From the NCBI RefSeq assembly GCF_009914755.1, contig NC_060932.1: a stretch of 64,000 nucleotides of DNA, one strand, 5' to 3'. Position numbers and translations under genes: made by a program. Of the stretch, positions 45,871-64,000 are shown piece by piece. Position 1 is the stretch's first letter. The number at the start of each line of letters is the position of its first letter. The notes under the pieces were generated by a model, which saw only the letters and a list, made by a program, of their open reading frames with translations, ran no database searches and was not told the DNA's origin. Source of the stretch: the human T2T-CHM13v2.0 reference genome, Homo sapiens.

Positions 45871-47231
45871 GAGATAATGCTTGTAAAATACTTAGTTTAG
45901 TGAGTACTCCAAAAGGGAAAGCTAATGTAAATCTCCTTCATAAAATTTTTGCATTAGGCCTTGAGTACACGCAAATTTCTATATACACAGGGTACCATTT
46001 AAACATTTTCAATTTAGTGAGTCTTCATTTTATGTTCCCAGCTCTTGTAAAGTCAGGAACAACACTAGGATTTACTCACAACAGAGCAGGCAAGTTGACA
46101 GTCAGTGATATGCTTCATGTAACTTGTTAACAGATTTTTGAAACCCTACTAGGGTTAACTAATTATGTCATTTCAATTCAACTTTTAATTTTCTCCTTAG
46201 CCCTAGGCAGAAGATTCTGCCACACTAATCAAATGCTTGCTGTACCATAGTAGCCCTATGCTGTTATTTGTTATATCATTTTGTTATAACAAGAGAGGAA
46301 GGAGCTATAATTATAAAATTATTTCAGTGTAACAATGTTATTTAAATTCATTAACACCTTATTAATAAGGCAATAAAAAATATTAAGAACATATTTATGA
46401 AAGATGAATTATAACTCAGAGCTTGCTAACGAGTGCGCTGAAACACCATGAGATGTGTCACAGCTATGCTGAGACATGGATTACCTTGGCCTTTAGAGTC
46501 TTTGGATGGGACTAGGGTGAATGAAGCTTTCAATGCTGTGGAGATTTTTCTGCTTACCACAGATACAAATAACATTTCCTACATATGCAATGATATGAAA
46601 AAGGTTGGGAAGTACTACTATAACTATCCACAACACATATATTCTATATTTAAATCTGTATACAGATAGTTATGTTGTTGACATGATAGTGTGGCTAATA
46701 GAAAATATTCTTATAATCAACAGATTATCAGGACAATGATTATTACTAGGAGGAGAGAAGGACTTCTAGAGCTTTCCAGGAATGCTATGTTCAAAGAAGC
46801 ATAAAGGCTTTTGAATAGATTAAAACAAACAAAAAAGTATTTATATAGTCTCCTCTTCATATTGTTCATTCTTTTATTTCTTAACATTTTAAAATAATTG
46901 GTTTATAGTCCTTTTAGATTTCTTAACTCCATTTATTGGAGATGCTAAGTTTTTGTTATATCTGCTGACTCTCCCTTTTTCTGGTTCATTTTCTCATGTG
47001 GTTTGTAATATCTTATTGTGAACTCATCTTCAACAGTTTAATTTTTCTGTGTGATTCCTATGAGCCCTCTGTTGCAGAATTGTCCCTACAGAGCATTTTG
47101 ACTGCTTTTGCCAGGGTGCTAGAGATTTCAGGGAACCTTGGGCAGTTTTTAGGTTTCTTTATCAACAAGGGTTTGTCTTATCATATAAGTAGTATGCACG
47201 ACGTCCCACACAAGCAAATAATAGCATTTAG

Positions 47232-47522
<291 letters not shown>

Positions 47523-48431
47523 TGAATGATTTTATCATGCCACCACTTTCACCTCTTCTCTGTCCTAGGAATCTGAAAAACATCCATGGCATTTCTTAGC
47601 CTGCTGAAGCCTAGTGTCTAGTGTATCTTTTGCTTAAAAAGCAGCTCTGTTTGCCTCCAGGCTTTATGCAAAGAACTCCCCAGTTCAGACTCTACACTAT
47701 GTCTGCAGTCCCTGAATGAGTGTTTAAACACCATTGCTCAACCCCTCGACCCTTATCTGAGTTTGATACTTCTACATACTCCCAAGGACTGTTTCCACTT
47801 GTTACCCTGACTTTGTGTTTCCTCTTCGTTTCTGACACCATAGTATTTGTCTTTATTTCAAGTTTTGCTATCGTATTAGAAAAAGATGGTAGTCTGAAAT
47901 TGGAGTTTATGAGAATTTAGTAAAAGGTCAAAGATGTTAACTGGGAAGGGAAATCTCAGTTAACAGGAGATGATTGAGTATGCTGGAGCAGTTGGTGACA
48001 CCAGTAGGCTTAAAGGGCAGGAGAGAGAGTTTATCAGAACAGGGAATAAATACCCAGACTTCATTCTCCACTTCCTCTGTCTCCTGCCACTGTTTCTCAT
48101 TGACCGAAACCAAGAAAAAAAAAAAAAAAACAGAGGACCAGGAAATCCATTCATATTGTTCACATAGATTAACTTCCCAAGCACAGAGGGTAGTGAAGGG
48201 TAGAGAGTAGATCTAGAGGGCCAAAGAAAAGATATGTAGCACTTTTCGGTATTAAATTCACCTGGCATTTTATCCAGAATATCTGTGCTGTGGTAGTACA
48301 AATGGTAAATGTTCATTTCAGCTTAGTCTCCATATTGTTAGTATTAAAATTTCTTACTAAGAACTAGTCTTTTTAATCTCACTCTCCTTGTACATATTAA
48401 CTTCTCAATCCTATCAATTAACTTCTTTGGT

Positions 48432-48928
48432 GATTTTTTTAAATTGTGGTAAAAAAATATACATGGTAAAATTTACCATTTTAACCATTTTAAAATGTAC
48501 AATTTAGTGGCATTAGGCACACTCACAGTGCGTAGCATAACCACTATCTATTTCTAGAAATTTTCATCATCCCAGACAGAATCTCTATCCCCATCGAACA
48601 ACTCTATCTTCTCCTCTCCCTCCATCCATGGTAACCTCTATTCTACTTTCTGTCTCTATCGATTTGCCTATTCTAGGTACTTCATATAAGAAGAATCGTA
48701 TGGTATTTGTCCTTTTGTGTCTGGCTTATTCTACTTTGTGTAATATATTTAAGGCTCATTCCTTTCTTTGTGTGTATCAGAATTCCACTCCTTTTTATGG
48801 CTGAGTAATATTTCATTGTATGTATATAACACATTTAATTTATCTGTTTCTTTGTTGCTGGACATCTGGGTTATTTCTACCCTTTTGTCTGTTGTGGATA
48901 ATGCTGCTTTGAACACTGGTGCACAAGG
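48432..48928 (-). mobile_element. L1MA/MB 3' end
   Basis: aaaatttaccattttaaccattttaaaatgtacaatttagtggcatt ... ctctattctactttctgtctctat. Confidence 0.82.
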
Positions 48929-49748
48929 GTTGATGAATTTTTAATGAAATAGTTTTGCCTTGAAGTAATTGTATGCATGTTATATGACTTGCACCTGAAA
49001 AACCATTTTAAAACTCATGTAGTACTAGAAATAGTATTTAATTTTTTAACTGTTGAATATGTTGATAACTGATGTATTTGGTTTAAAATGCAGAGGGAGG
49101 GGAAAGAAAGTAAATTGAAGTATTTTTAAAGATACTTTATTCGGTGCTGATTTTCTGATTTAGAAGAGCACATTTCTGTCATCTTAATATCATTTGCTTA
49201 GTACTATCCTGAATGGTCCAGAATTATAGTAGCACTTAATATTATCCCTTACTGTGTTCAAGTATATTTCAAAATTTTGGCAGAAAATATGGGTCCCAAA
49301 GAGGAAAAAAGGGAAAATTCGAGTAGTCTGTTTAGTTTCTATAGTAACCCTTCAAACAAAAAAAGAATGTTAGTAATTGCTTTTCTCTAAGGTGTATGTT
49401 TTTTTTTTCCTCCTGGGGAAAACTAGCTAAACTGTCTACTACTTTCCTACTCTTTGTTGTTATGAAGTCTCTCTTTTCTCCTTTTCTCAGTCTTAACAAT
49501 TGGCTTCCTCTGACTTTGGTGTAATAGTTTTGTGGAACTTGATAAGTGAGCAAAGATCTTTGTCTTAATTCTGTCAACTTACAGTTGTATTTTCGAAAAA
49601 GATTGTCAGACGGATACTTTAGACCAGCATTTTTATTTTATATACTAGAAAATTGAAACCCAGAGAATTAAAATTTGTGTTACTGTGTAGGGACTGGGCT
49701 GACTGATATTAGCTTGATTCTAAGTTAGTGGAACCTCTGGAAGAGACT

Positions 49749-54012
<4,264 letters not shown>

Positions 54013-54489
54013 TTTGAAATTATTATATACGTAATTTATCTCCTTTATTCTCTTAATGTGACTAATTATATCGATTGATTTTCACATGTTCAACTGACCA
54101 TGCATTTCTAGAAAAATCCCAGTTTAGTTGTGATAGATATTGCTAGATTGAGGTTGCTAATTGTTTAGGATTTTGGTATCTATAGTCATGAGTGATACTG
54201 ACCATTTTTACCATTTTAAGTATATAATTCTGTTGAATTCTATATTTTTTTCTTATAATAGCCTTGTCATCTTTTGGTATTAGATTAGAAGTTTATACTC
54301 TCTTTATAAATGAGTTAGCAAGTGTTCCCTCTTGTCCTACTCTCTAGAAAACTGTTTTCATTTGAAATTTCTCCTAATCACTGTATATTTCCATGTTAAA
54401 AAAGTAATCTTAATTGAAAAGGTACTTGGCTATAACACATATCTGATCTAAATTTGAAAGTCTTAGTTTAGATGTCATTTAGAAAATTA

Positions 54490-54869
<380 letters not shown>

Positions 54870-55134
54870 CTAATTTAATAATTTTAAAGAGAACACAGAG
54901 AAGCATCTTGATCCTTTTTCCATCTCCAACACTGATATAGCTTTGTTCCTAGAAATTAAACTTCATACTATGTATTGATAAAATAATACTTAATGATAAG
55001 ATAAATATTTCTATCCCACTCCAGTGGCCCAATTTATGTCAAGTAAAACTAATGAACATATAGATGCTAAACACATGTAATGTGTTTTTGTTACTGTACG
55101 ATCATGATTTTATATTACTATAAGTTTTTTGGCT

Positions 55135-55720
55135 TAATTTTTTTGTTGTGGTACAATATACACAACATAAAATGTACTGTTTTTACCATTTTATGTATAC
55201 AGTTCTGTGGTATTAAGTACATTCACATTGTTATACAACCTTCACAACAGTCTCCAGTATTTTTTCATCTTCCCCAACTGAAATTCTGTATCCGTTAAAA
55301 AATAACTCACCATCTTAATATTAAATCTTCCAATGTATGAACACTGGATGTCTTTCCATTTATTTGTGTCATCTTAATTTTTTTTAAAGATATTTCATAG
55401 TTTTCATTATGTCTTTTACTTCCTCAGTTATGTTTATTCTTAAGCATTTTATTATTTTAGATGCTATTGTAAAGGGAATTATTCTGTTAATTTCTTTATT
55501 GTTTGCTTTTAATGCATAGAAACACAACTGATTTGTGTATGTTGGTGTTGTATCCCACAACTTTGTGGAATTCATTGATTAGTTCTAAAAGTTTTCTTGG
55601 AATCTTTAGTTTTATACATATATGATCATGTCATGTGCTAAAAGACATAATTTTACTTTTTCCTTTCCAATTTGGTTGCCTTTTATTTCATTTTGTCTCC
55701 TAATTTCTCTGGTGAGGACT
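55135..55720 (-). mobile_element. L1M fragments (3' end joined to an ORF2 piece)
   Basis: cataaaatgtactgtttttaccatttt; ORF 55384(-) IPFTIASKIIKCLRIN is ORF2-like. Confidence 0.75.
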
Positions 55721-56875
55721 TTAGTAGTTTTTGAATAAATTTTCCAATTTATTTTGAAAATATTAGACAATATTTTGAAGTTTACCATAATTATCTCTTT
55801 TTATAATTTTCTTCTCAAGGGAAACCTCTAACATTCTTTTGGCTGTAAGTAAATTCTGTACAGATAGCCAAAGACATATTGACAAACTGGCCCTTTATTG
55901 CTTTTACTTTTTCCATGTTAGTTGTACTTTTTATACTGTTTTTTTTTTCTATCTTAAATATTTGTTAAGTCAAACACTATAGATTACAAATAAAATGATT
56001 CAGACTGGGAGACTTCCACTGACACAGAAGTAAAGATGTCAAATAGTGATTATATTGTTTCAGTGCCATACTGGATGTGAAATATAAACTTTCCATCACC
56101 ATTCATCACTCATTATCTTTATTAAAGGATAACCCCAATTTATCTTAAGTATGGTTCAAAGTAGGTTCTAAACATAGTCTTCTTCATAATATAGATGTTG
56201 AATAATTTTGGAATACTAACTCACATTATGATTAATTTAAATCACATTTATTGTGGTACATGGCATAGACATGCATATGTTCATTAAGTCACTACACATA
56301 TTTTTATGTAAATACGTAAAACTATATTTACAATATGAGTTTGTATTTTCAGTTTGTTTTTTGTCCTTAATCATTTTAAACATAATTATTTTCTTTTATT
56401 TTTTATCAGATCTGGTATCTGAACTTCTTTAGAGTTGAATCTGACCACTTGTTGTTTTCTTAAATCTTGTTCATGTTGGATTGTTTTCTTTGGCACTGTG
56501 TAATTTAGTGTTGGGTGATTCTCATCAATGGAACTTCTTCTATGAAGCCCTTACATGGTGGTTGAGGGCCTGTCCTCTGACAAAGACATTTTATGTGTTT
56601 GCTTCTCTAAGGGACTTCAGCAGCTGCCTCTAGCCTGGGACCCCTATACTGTTAATCTTACAGCTAGAAGTTTTTTGAAACATTTAGGCAGTATGAAATC
56701 AAGTCCTTAAACCTACTTGCACTTTAGAGTTGTTTTTAAAAATTTTCTGGGGTAACTTTGTTGCCCTACTTAGGCTGAGATAGATATTGCTTTTTTATTG
56801 GGTTTATTCTGTTGTTTTTTGAATTTCTTAAATTTTATTCTTAGCTTATTAATATTCAGTATTTTCTTTAAAATT

Positions 56876-56959
56876 GATTGATGAAAAGGCGGTTGAGGCG
56901 TCTGGTGAGTAGTGCATGGCTAGGAATAGCCCTGTGGTGATTTGGAGGATCAGGCAGGC
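56876..56959 (-). pseudogene. NUMT: 84-bp fragment of mitochondrial CYTB (codons 39-66)
   Basis: Reverse complement gcctgcctgatcctccaaatcaccacagggctattcctagccatgcactactcaccagacgcctcaaccgccttttcatcaatc encodes [28 protein letters not shown], matching human cytochrome b as recalled. Confidence 0.95.
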
Positions 56960-57375
56960 AAACCTAAGTTATTAAGACATAGTCCTTTATCATTTGAGGA
57001 ATTTATAATATTAGTGATGGGGCATGGATGTGCGTATAAACATAATTCCAAAGTGGGCTGGGAAATTTAGCCCATAGTTGGATTACCGTTACTCACAGAC
57101 AACTTTGTATTATAGAAGGGAGAGCAAAATTTGGGAATACAGCCACCTGTTTCTGCCACACTCACTGTTGCATTGGTTTTAAAGATAAATAAAACTTTAT
57201 ATTTTATGAAGAACATACTGCACTGTACTTCAGCTAGGTGAAGTTGTCAAATTTTTGTTGAGGTCAGTGGTCTAGAAAGTGGAACATTATATAATTATAC
57301 CCATTAAAATTTTTATGCTATTTTGCTTATAGGACAATACAACAATAAAAACTGCCATTAAAAGCACTAACATTA

Positions 57376-57694
<319 letters not shown>

Positions 57695-58054
57695 TCATGA
57701 CAAGTAAACAAAGCAAACACATACATACGTACACAAGTACACACACATCCTTCCCTTACAGGATACTTTCATAACCTGTATGTCTTTGGGAAACTGTTAT
57801 AACAACATAAAATCATATTTTGGATCTCTGGGTTTTCAGTAGTTTCAATAAATGTGATTTTAAAGGATTATATTCTGTTGACAAAATTAAATTCCTCTGA
57901 GTTGTGATTTTAGGCAAATTATTTAGTGTTTTTTTCATTTTAACTTTTTCTGTGTATATAAAATGTTTTTGGTAACGTCTTCCTTAATCACAGCAGTAGT
58001 ATAGGAAGTAATTTCAAAGCTGTAGAATAATCTAAAATTCTGAGTGAATACTAG

Positions 58055-58432
58055 AATATTTATTTACAAATAATTTATTTGTAATATATATAAATATATA
58101 TATTTATGTAATATAAAAATATATTTATATATTTAATATATAAATATATATATTTATGTAATATAAAAATATATTTATATATTTAATATATAAATACATG
58201 TATTTATATATTTAATATATATAAATACATGTATTTATATATACATATATGTATGTATTTATGTATCATATATGTATATATTTATATATACATAAAAATG
58301 CATATATACATAAAATAATATGTATATATTTATATACACATAAAATACATATATACATAAAATAATATGTATATATTTTATATTTAAATATAAAAATATA
58401 TTTATGTAATATAAAAAATTATTACAAATATT
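58055..58432. repeat. AT-rich (TA)n-derived low-complexity tract with internal tandem duplications
   Basis: Almost purely A/T; a ~50-bp unit occurs twice at ~58085-58184. Confidence 0.9.
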
Positions 58433-59398
58433 TACTCTACCTAAAGTAAGAATTGATATATTAACTACTCAATGTTTGGAAGCTTAGGGTCATGGCAAAG
58501 TGTGACAAGCATTGTTTATTGATTCAAGAATTAAAATTGCTTTATTATCAGCGTTGTTAAAAAAATTAAGCATGAAGTGGTTCCTTTTTTAATGTCCAGT
58601 AACTGTTGAACATACATTGATAATTGAAAAGTGAATATTGGACTGAGAGGTTGTTTGGCATCAACTTCAGAGTTGTTGACAGAGTTTGCTGTAGTAGCAA
58701 AACTCTTGTCAGTTTTTCAGTTATTCAAGTGCAATTAACCTATGCAGTAATCTACCTCAAATTATTATGCAAACAACCGTTTAGATAGTATATTTAGTTT
58801 GAATTTACTCAATTGCTATTTTTAAAATTTCTTGTAATTGTTTTAAAACTCCTGAAAATACTTATGTCATTTCATATTTTTCCTTAAATGGTTTTGTTCT
58901 TAACATTTAGAGAGAAACTTTTATTCAGAATGTAGAAATCATAACATTTAAACTATCATCTTATTTGAATATCTATGAAAAAAATAAATATATCAAAACA
59001 GGTTAGAAAAATGAAGGTTATTGTTTAGCCATCACATACCATTCAACACAATATTTTGTGTATGAAGCCTTTCCTATTTCAAAATATTCATATAAAAATG
59101 TCTTTAAATTATTGGCTACTTGATTTTTAAAAGCTCAGATAGTTTTATCATGTAAATATAAGCTAATAATCTGAGGTTAGCTTACATTTCTTGTGTTACT
59201 TGTATTAATTATGTATCTGGGGAACACTTTGAAATTGCAGGTTTGATTTTTTTAAATTACAATTTGCATTCAAAAACAATCATTAAAATTTTTAAACATT
59301 TTACTATTAAAACATTGTTTTTCTTGCTTAGTTGGGTCAAAACTATTGAATATAGAGAACTTACTGTAAATGAATCTAGTTTAAGAAAACACATTCTA

Positions 59399-59575
59399 GG
59401 GAAAGCATTAGGAGATATACCTAATGTAAATGATGAGTTAATGGGTGCAGCACACCAACATGGCACATGTATACATATGTAACAAACCTGCATGTTGTGC
59501 ACAAGTACCCTAGAACTTAAAGTATAATAATAAAAAAAACAATAAAAAAGAAAATAAGCTCATGAAAATAAAAAA
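59399..59575 (+). mobile_element. Short L1PA 3' end with 16-bp TSD aagaaaacacattcta
   Basis: gcattaggagatatacctaatgtaaa...cctagaacttaaagtataat; TSD at 59383-59398 and 59576-59591. Confidence 0.95.
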
Positions 59576-61459
59576 AAGAAAACACATTCTAACAATTGTT
59601 TGTATTAAATGGAAATATTTGTTTATATGATCCTTAGATGATTTATACTTTAAACTATGAGTAATTCTTTTCATGCTGACATGTTGATGGGGAGCACTGT
59701 ACTTTTGTGCACATATAGCTGCAGCTTCCTGTGTTTCAGTCTGAGTCATGGTAAAGTGGGAAATATGAGTTTGAAGCTTAAGTACTGAGCTTAAAACACT
59801 TAATCATTTTTTCCCACTCTTGCATTGAAATAGTGGGAGCAAAGGTAGTTGAGACCACAGCAGGCCACTTGTTACTGTTGACTTAAGTACAAACAGTGGT
59901 CGAAGTGTTTAGCCCTTTGGGAAGTTTTGTAATTGAACAAGAATGCAGGAGTTATTTTGATAAGATAGAGTAGCAATGGGGCCAAAACTATGATCATCCT
60001 TAAGCTCTGAAGCAGGCCAAGGATGAAGGGATATAAAGTGTTTGCTCTTCCAAATAAACAAAGATAAATTCACCTAGGAAAATAAACTTAGCATTTGGTC
60101 AATTTGCAACAAAATGGTAAAAGAATTGAACTGTTTATTTTAGAACTTGGCCTAAGGATGTATGGGAAAATAGTTCAGCATCTCCATTTCCGGCCTGATT
60201 TTCACAACAGATTTGGAAACAGAGCAGAAAATTAATGCACAAACATGTTTAACAATACCAAACAAAATGCTGTAAATCCAAAATGAAAACTGAAACTGCA
60301 TGAGGAAGTACAGCAAAGCTTTTACTGAGGAGTGCTTACTAAATTTGCAGCCACAGTTTTCTTAGCATTCTTACCAAGTATACCAAGTAGTGTTAAAAAT
60401 TGAAGTCTTAGTGATTCGAGATGTTATTTTCTCTCAGTTCTCCATCCTTGGAATATGATATTCTTCTGTCTGTTGGAAGGAGGGTTTAATTTAAGCATAC
60501 TTCTACTCTATAAACCTATACATAAAGAAAGGCTATATATATTGCCTTTTATTTAATAAGCATCCTTATCTGGAATTAGTTTATGCTTTTTATTAGATGT
60601 TGTGTTGCATTAGACAGCTAACCAAAAACCTGATTTTTTTATAGCTTCTCAAGTTGTAGGAATTTCTGTTGTAGCAGATTTAGAACTACTTATTTTGTAA
60701 AAGCATTTATATGAAAACTGCACAAACAGTGAGATATTTGCTTTGCTTGGTGTATTTGGGACAAAGAGTAACTATACTGTCTTCAGGTTTAACTCTATAA
60801 TTTTCTCTAATAGTAAATCCCAGAACACTGTTACTTTGCTATGCTTGGTGCCTAAGTGTTCTTGCAGTAAACACTTGCCTGTCATTCTATGAAAATCTTC
60901 CCCATTGGGCCTCCTTCTGAGGTTGCAGGGAAATTGAATTTTCTTCTGACTGAAAGATGTTATAAAACAATGAGGTTAAAATAAAAGCCTCATGTAGGAG
61001 CTGAATATACCTGTGTTTAGATGGCATGTCTGTGGTAATGAGAGCTGGGACTTTGGTTTGTTTTGTACAGGATTTTAATTATCATTCCTGCTTTTAAGTG
61101 TTTAGAGATTAGTGGCTTCTGCTCTGACAACCTGTCTATAAAAAATGGAATACTGACCATATTATATTGTCTTTGTTTAAATTTTAAGGGGTATTTTGTT
61201 CTGACAGTTAACTACTGGTTATGACTCGTTAGCACAGGAAATTAATATTTTTGTTTGAGACATTCAAAGCAATAAACTATTGGAGGTTGAGGATATACGG
61301 CAAAACAAAACGTGTCTGAAGTTAGAAAGATGAGAAAATGAGAATTCTATAAGAATGTGAGTGAAAAATTTCTTAAGCATTAGTTCAACTTGATAATGAT
61401 AATTATAACTACAATTTATGAACTATTTTCTATGTGTATATTCTTCATTCACATTCATA

Positions 61460-61600
61460 TTTCTATTTAATCTTAACTGTATGAGATAAATATCACTATA
61501 ATAACCATTTTACAGAGGAGTGTACAGTTAAACTACTTGCCTCAAATCACTTGACTGGCATCTGACTTCGTTAACCCAGTACACCATACTGCCTGCCAGA
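61460..61600 (+). mobile_element. MIR fragment
   Basis: ccattttacagaggag...gttaaactacttgcctcaaatcac. Confidence 0.55.
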
Positions 61601-62192
61601 CTAAGCTTAACTAAGTATCTGTAACTGATATGTAAATATATATACATCTTTTAAACAAATAAGAATGTTATATTGTGTTTGATCAGTTTTCAGAGTATAT
61701 GGGTTTAAGCTCGCAAGTTTTGTTTGCAAGGTTTAAACGGACAGCAAAGTTTGGGATTTTAGAAACCCAATACTTCATAGCTAATCCTAAAAGAACTCAA
61801 CATATCAATGATTGCAGCATCTCTTCTGCATTTGAGACTGAAGCTGTTCAACTTTAAATAAAAGGGTTTATTTTATTCTGGCCTGCTAAAAGCTGCTGAA
61901 AAGACCAAAAACAAACAAACAAGACTTTGACAGCAAGTTCGTTAGCACTGACTTTAGGACCTTATACATATTCAGAGTTCAGTATGTATTTGTTGAATCG
62001 GATAAGCTTATGCTCTATTCCACTAAGAAAGCTTTAACCATATAAGACACTTAAAAAAATCTATTGTCAAATCTACTAATTTTTAATGTCTCCTTAATTA
62101 ACATGCAAGGCATGATTAATATTTTGCTGTTTCTTAAACTGATAATCACTTTGCTATAGTTATTCTAGATTCCATTATAAATACTCTATAGA

Positions 62193-62402
62193 AGGGGTAG
62201 ACAAATATTTTTCTGTAAAGGGCTGGTTAGTAAATACCTTTGGACTTTGTGGATTGTAGCTTCTCTGTAGCAACTACTCAACTCTGCTGAAAAGAAGTCA
62301 TATGCAGTCAGTACATGAACGGATTTGGCTGTGATCTAGTAAAAATTTATTCCCCAATACAGACAGATTAGCCCCTTCACTGTAGCTTGCAGACTCTACT
62401 CT
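62193..62402. mobile_element. MER58A-like relic
   Basis: tttttctgtaaagggctggttagtaaata...gcaactactcaactctgc. Confidence 0.7.
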
Positions 62403-62684
62403 ATAGGAACATACTCATTGGTTTAATCTTAACCTTTTCTAGATCTTAACTACTTTTAGAGGAAGCTGGAAACATGCATGTGCTTTCTAACAATAAAAAT
62501 CATTTGAGAAGTGTATGTTTATACATTAGCATTATGTATTGGTATTAACATTTATATGATTATCATTTGCATGTAAGATGTGAAAAAGTTACAAATAATA
62601 ATTTCTGATTTTAATTTATAATTTGTATTTTCTGTTATTTTTGTTTATGTTACAAAGTAAGATTTTTTTTTCTCCTCATCCCAG

Positions 62685-63314
<630 letters not shown>

Positions 63315-63712
63315 TAAACGCTATTTTGGAAGAAATATTAAATGTAATTTATTATTGTCATTTATAATTAAATAATTATTATTAGCTCTAATTCAAGTAA
63401 TTTCTAGTTGCAGTGCTAAAATGTTGAATCTTATTAACATTAAAGGTTTACGTGTACATATTTTCCTTGACTTTGTAATACATAAATTTTGTCCTGTTTG
63501 TATTAAAATTCATCTAAAAGACCATGAGGAATTTTCCTCAATGGTCATATTGATACATTATAGTATTGTCACTAAAAGTATTGGGAAAATCCTTGACTGA
63601 TATCAAATATAACACTCCAGACATTAACTGGGCTTTCCCCTTTCTTGAAATAAATGTCTTATCTTAATAAACAGGCCTATGCTGATTTGCTTATTATTCT
63701 AGAAGCTTTTGT

Positions 63713-63787
63713 GATCTCAGCGCCTCTGTACATATCCAGCATGCATTTGTCAATGTGAAATGTAAAATAGAAAGTTTTAATATTAAT
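63713..63787 (+). pseudogene. Decayed tandem partial copy of the 115-bp VPS13B exon
   Basis: 60/75 ungapped identity to 63856-63930; DLSASVHIQHAFVNVKCKIESFNIN versus DLSASIDVQDVYTKVKCKIESFNID. Confidence 0.88.
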
Positions 63788-63829
63788 TGTGAAGACTGTG
63801 TTGATATTACTGCTTGTTTCTTATTGCAG

Positions 63830-63944
63830 AGGTTTGTATGGTCAGTGAACTAGAAGATCTCAGTGCTTCCATAGATGTCCAGGATGTATATACCAAAGTG
63901 AAATGTAAAATAGAGAGTTTCAATATTGATCACTATAGAAGCAG
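63830..63944 (+). CDS. VPS13B: VPS13B internal coding exon (115 bp, phase 1 to 2; probably exon 27)
   Basis: Acceptor ttcttattgcag|AG (G+AG=Glu) and donor GCAG|gtaaat. Encodes EVCMVSELEDLSASIDVQDVYTKVKCKIESFNIDHYRS. Confidence 0.95.
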
Positions 63945-64000
63945 GTAAATAATGAATAATGAATATAAGAAAATCTGTATTTTTCTTTGAACAAAGTTAC

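Overview
AT-rich, repeat-dense primate (almost certainly human) genomic DNA from inside the large VPS13B (COH1, Cohen syndrome) gene on the + strand. Five coding exons have canonical AG/GT ends and compatible reading frames: 3410-3644, 28422-28642, 42604-42807, 62685-62856 and 63830-63944. By recalled numbering these are exons 23-27 (c.3211-c.4157). The introns hold Alu, L1, MaLR-LTR, DNA-transposon, MIR and L2 relics; nearly all short ORFs in the track are repeat-derived noise. Less ordinary signals: (1) an antisense L1PA with an intact ORF0-like frame whose splice donor is in frame with the next VPS13B exon; the same L1 is 3'-truncated with a TSD-like repeat and has an internal deletion fusing ORF1 to ORF2; (2) a 134-bp, 97%-identical inverted repeat bracketing the 221-bp exon; (3) decayed partial copies of two VPS13B exons next to their originals; (4) further short locally templated duplications; (5) an 84-bp CYTB NUMT that supplies a consensus 5' splice site. 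I see no evidence of a new multi-gene system; the functional ideas are hypotheses. Repeat boundaries and subfamilies were judged by eye and are approximate.
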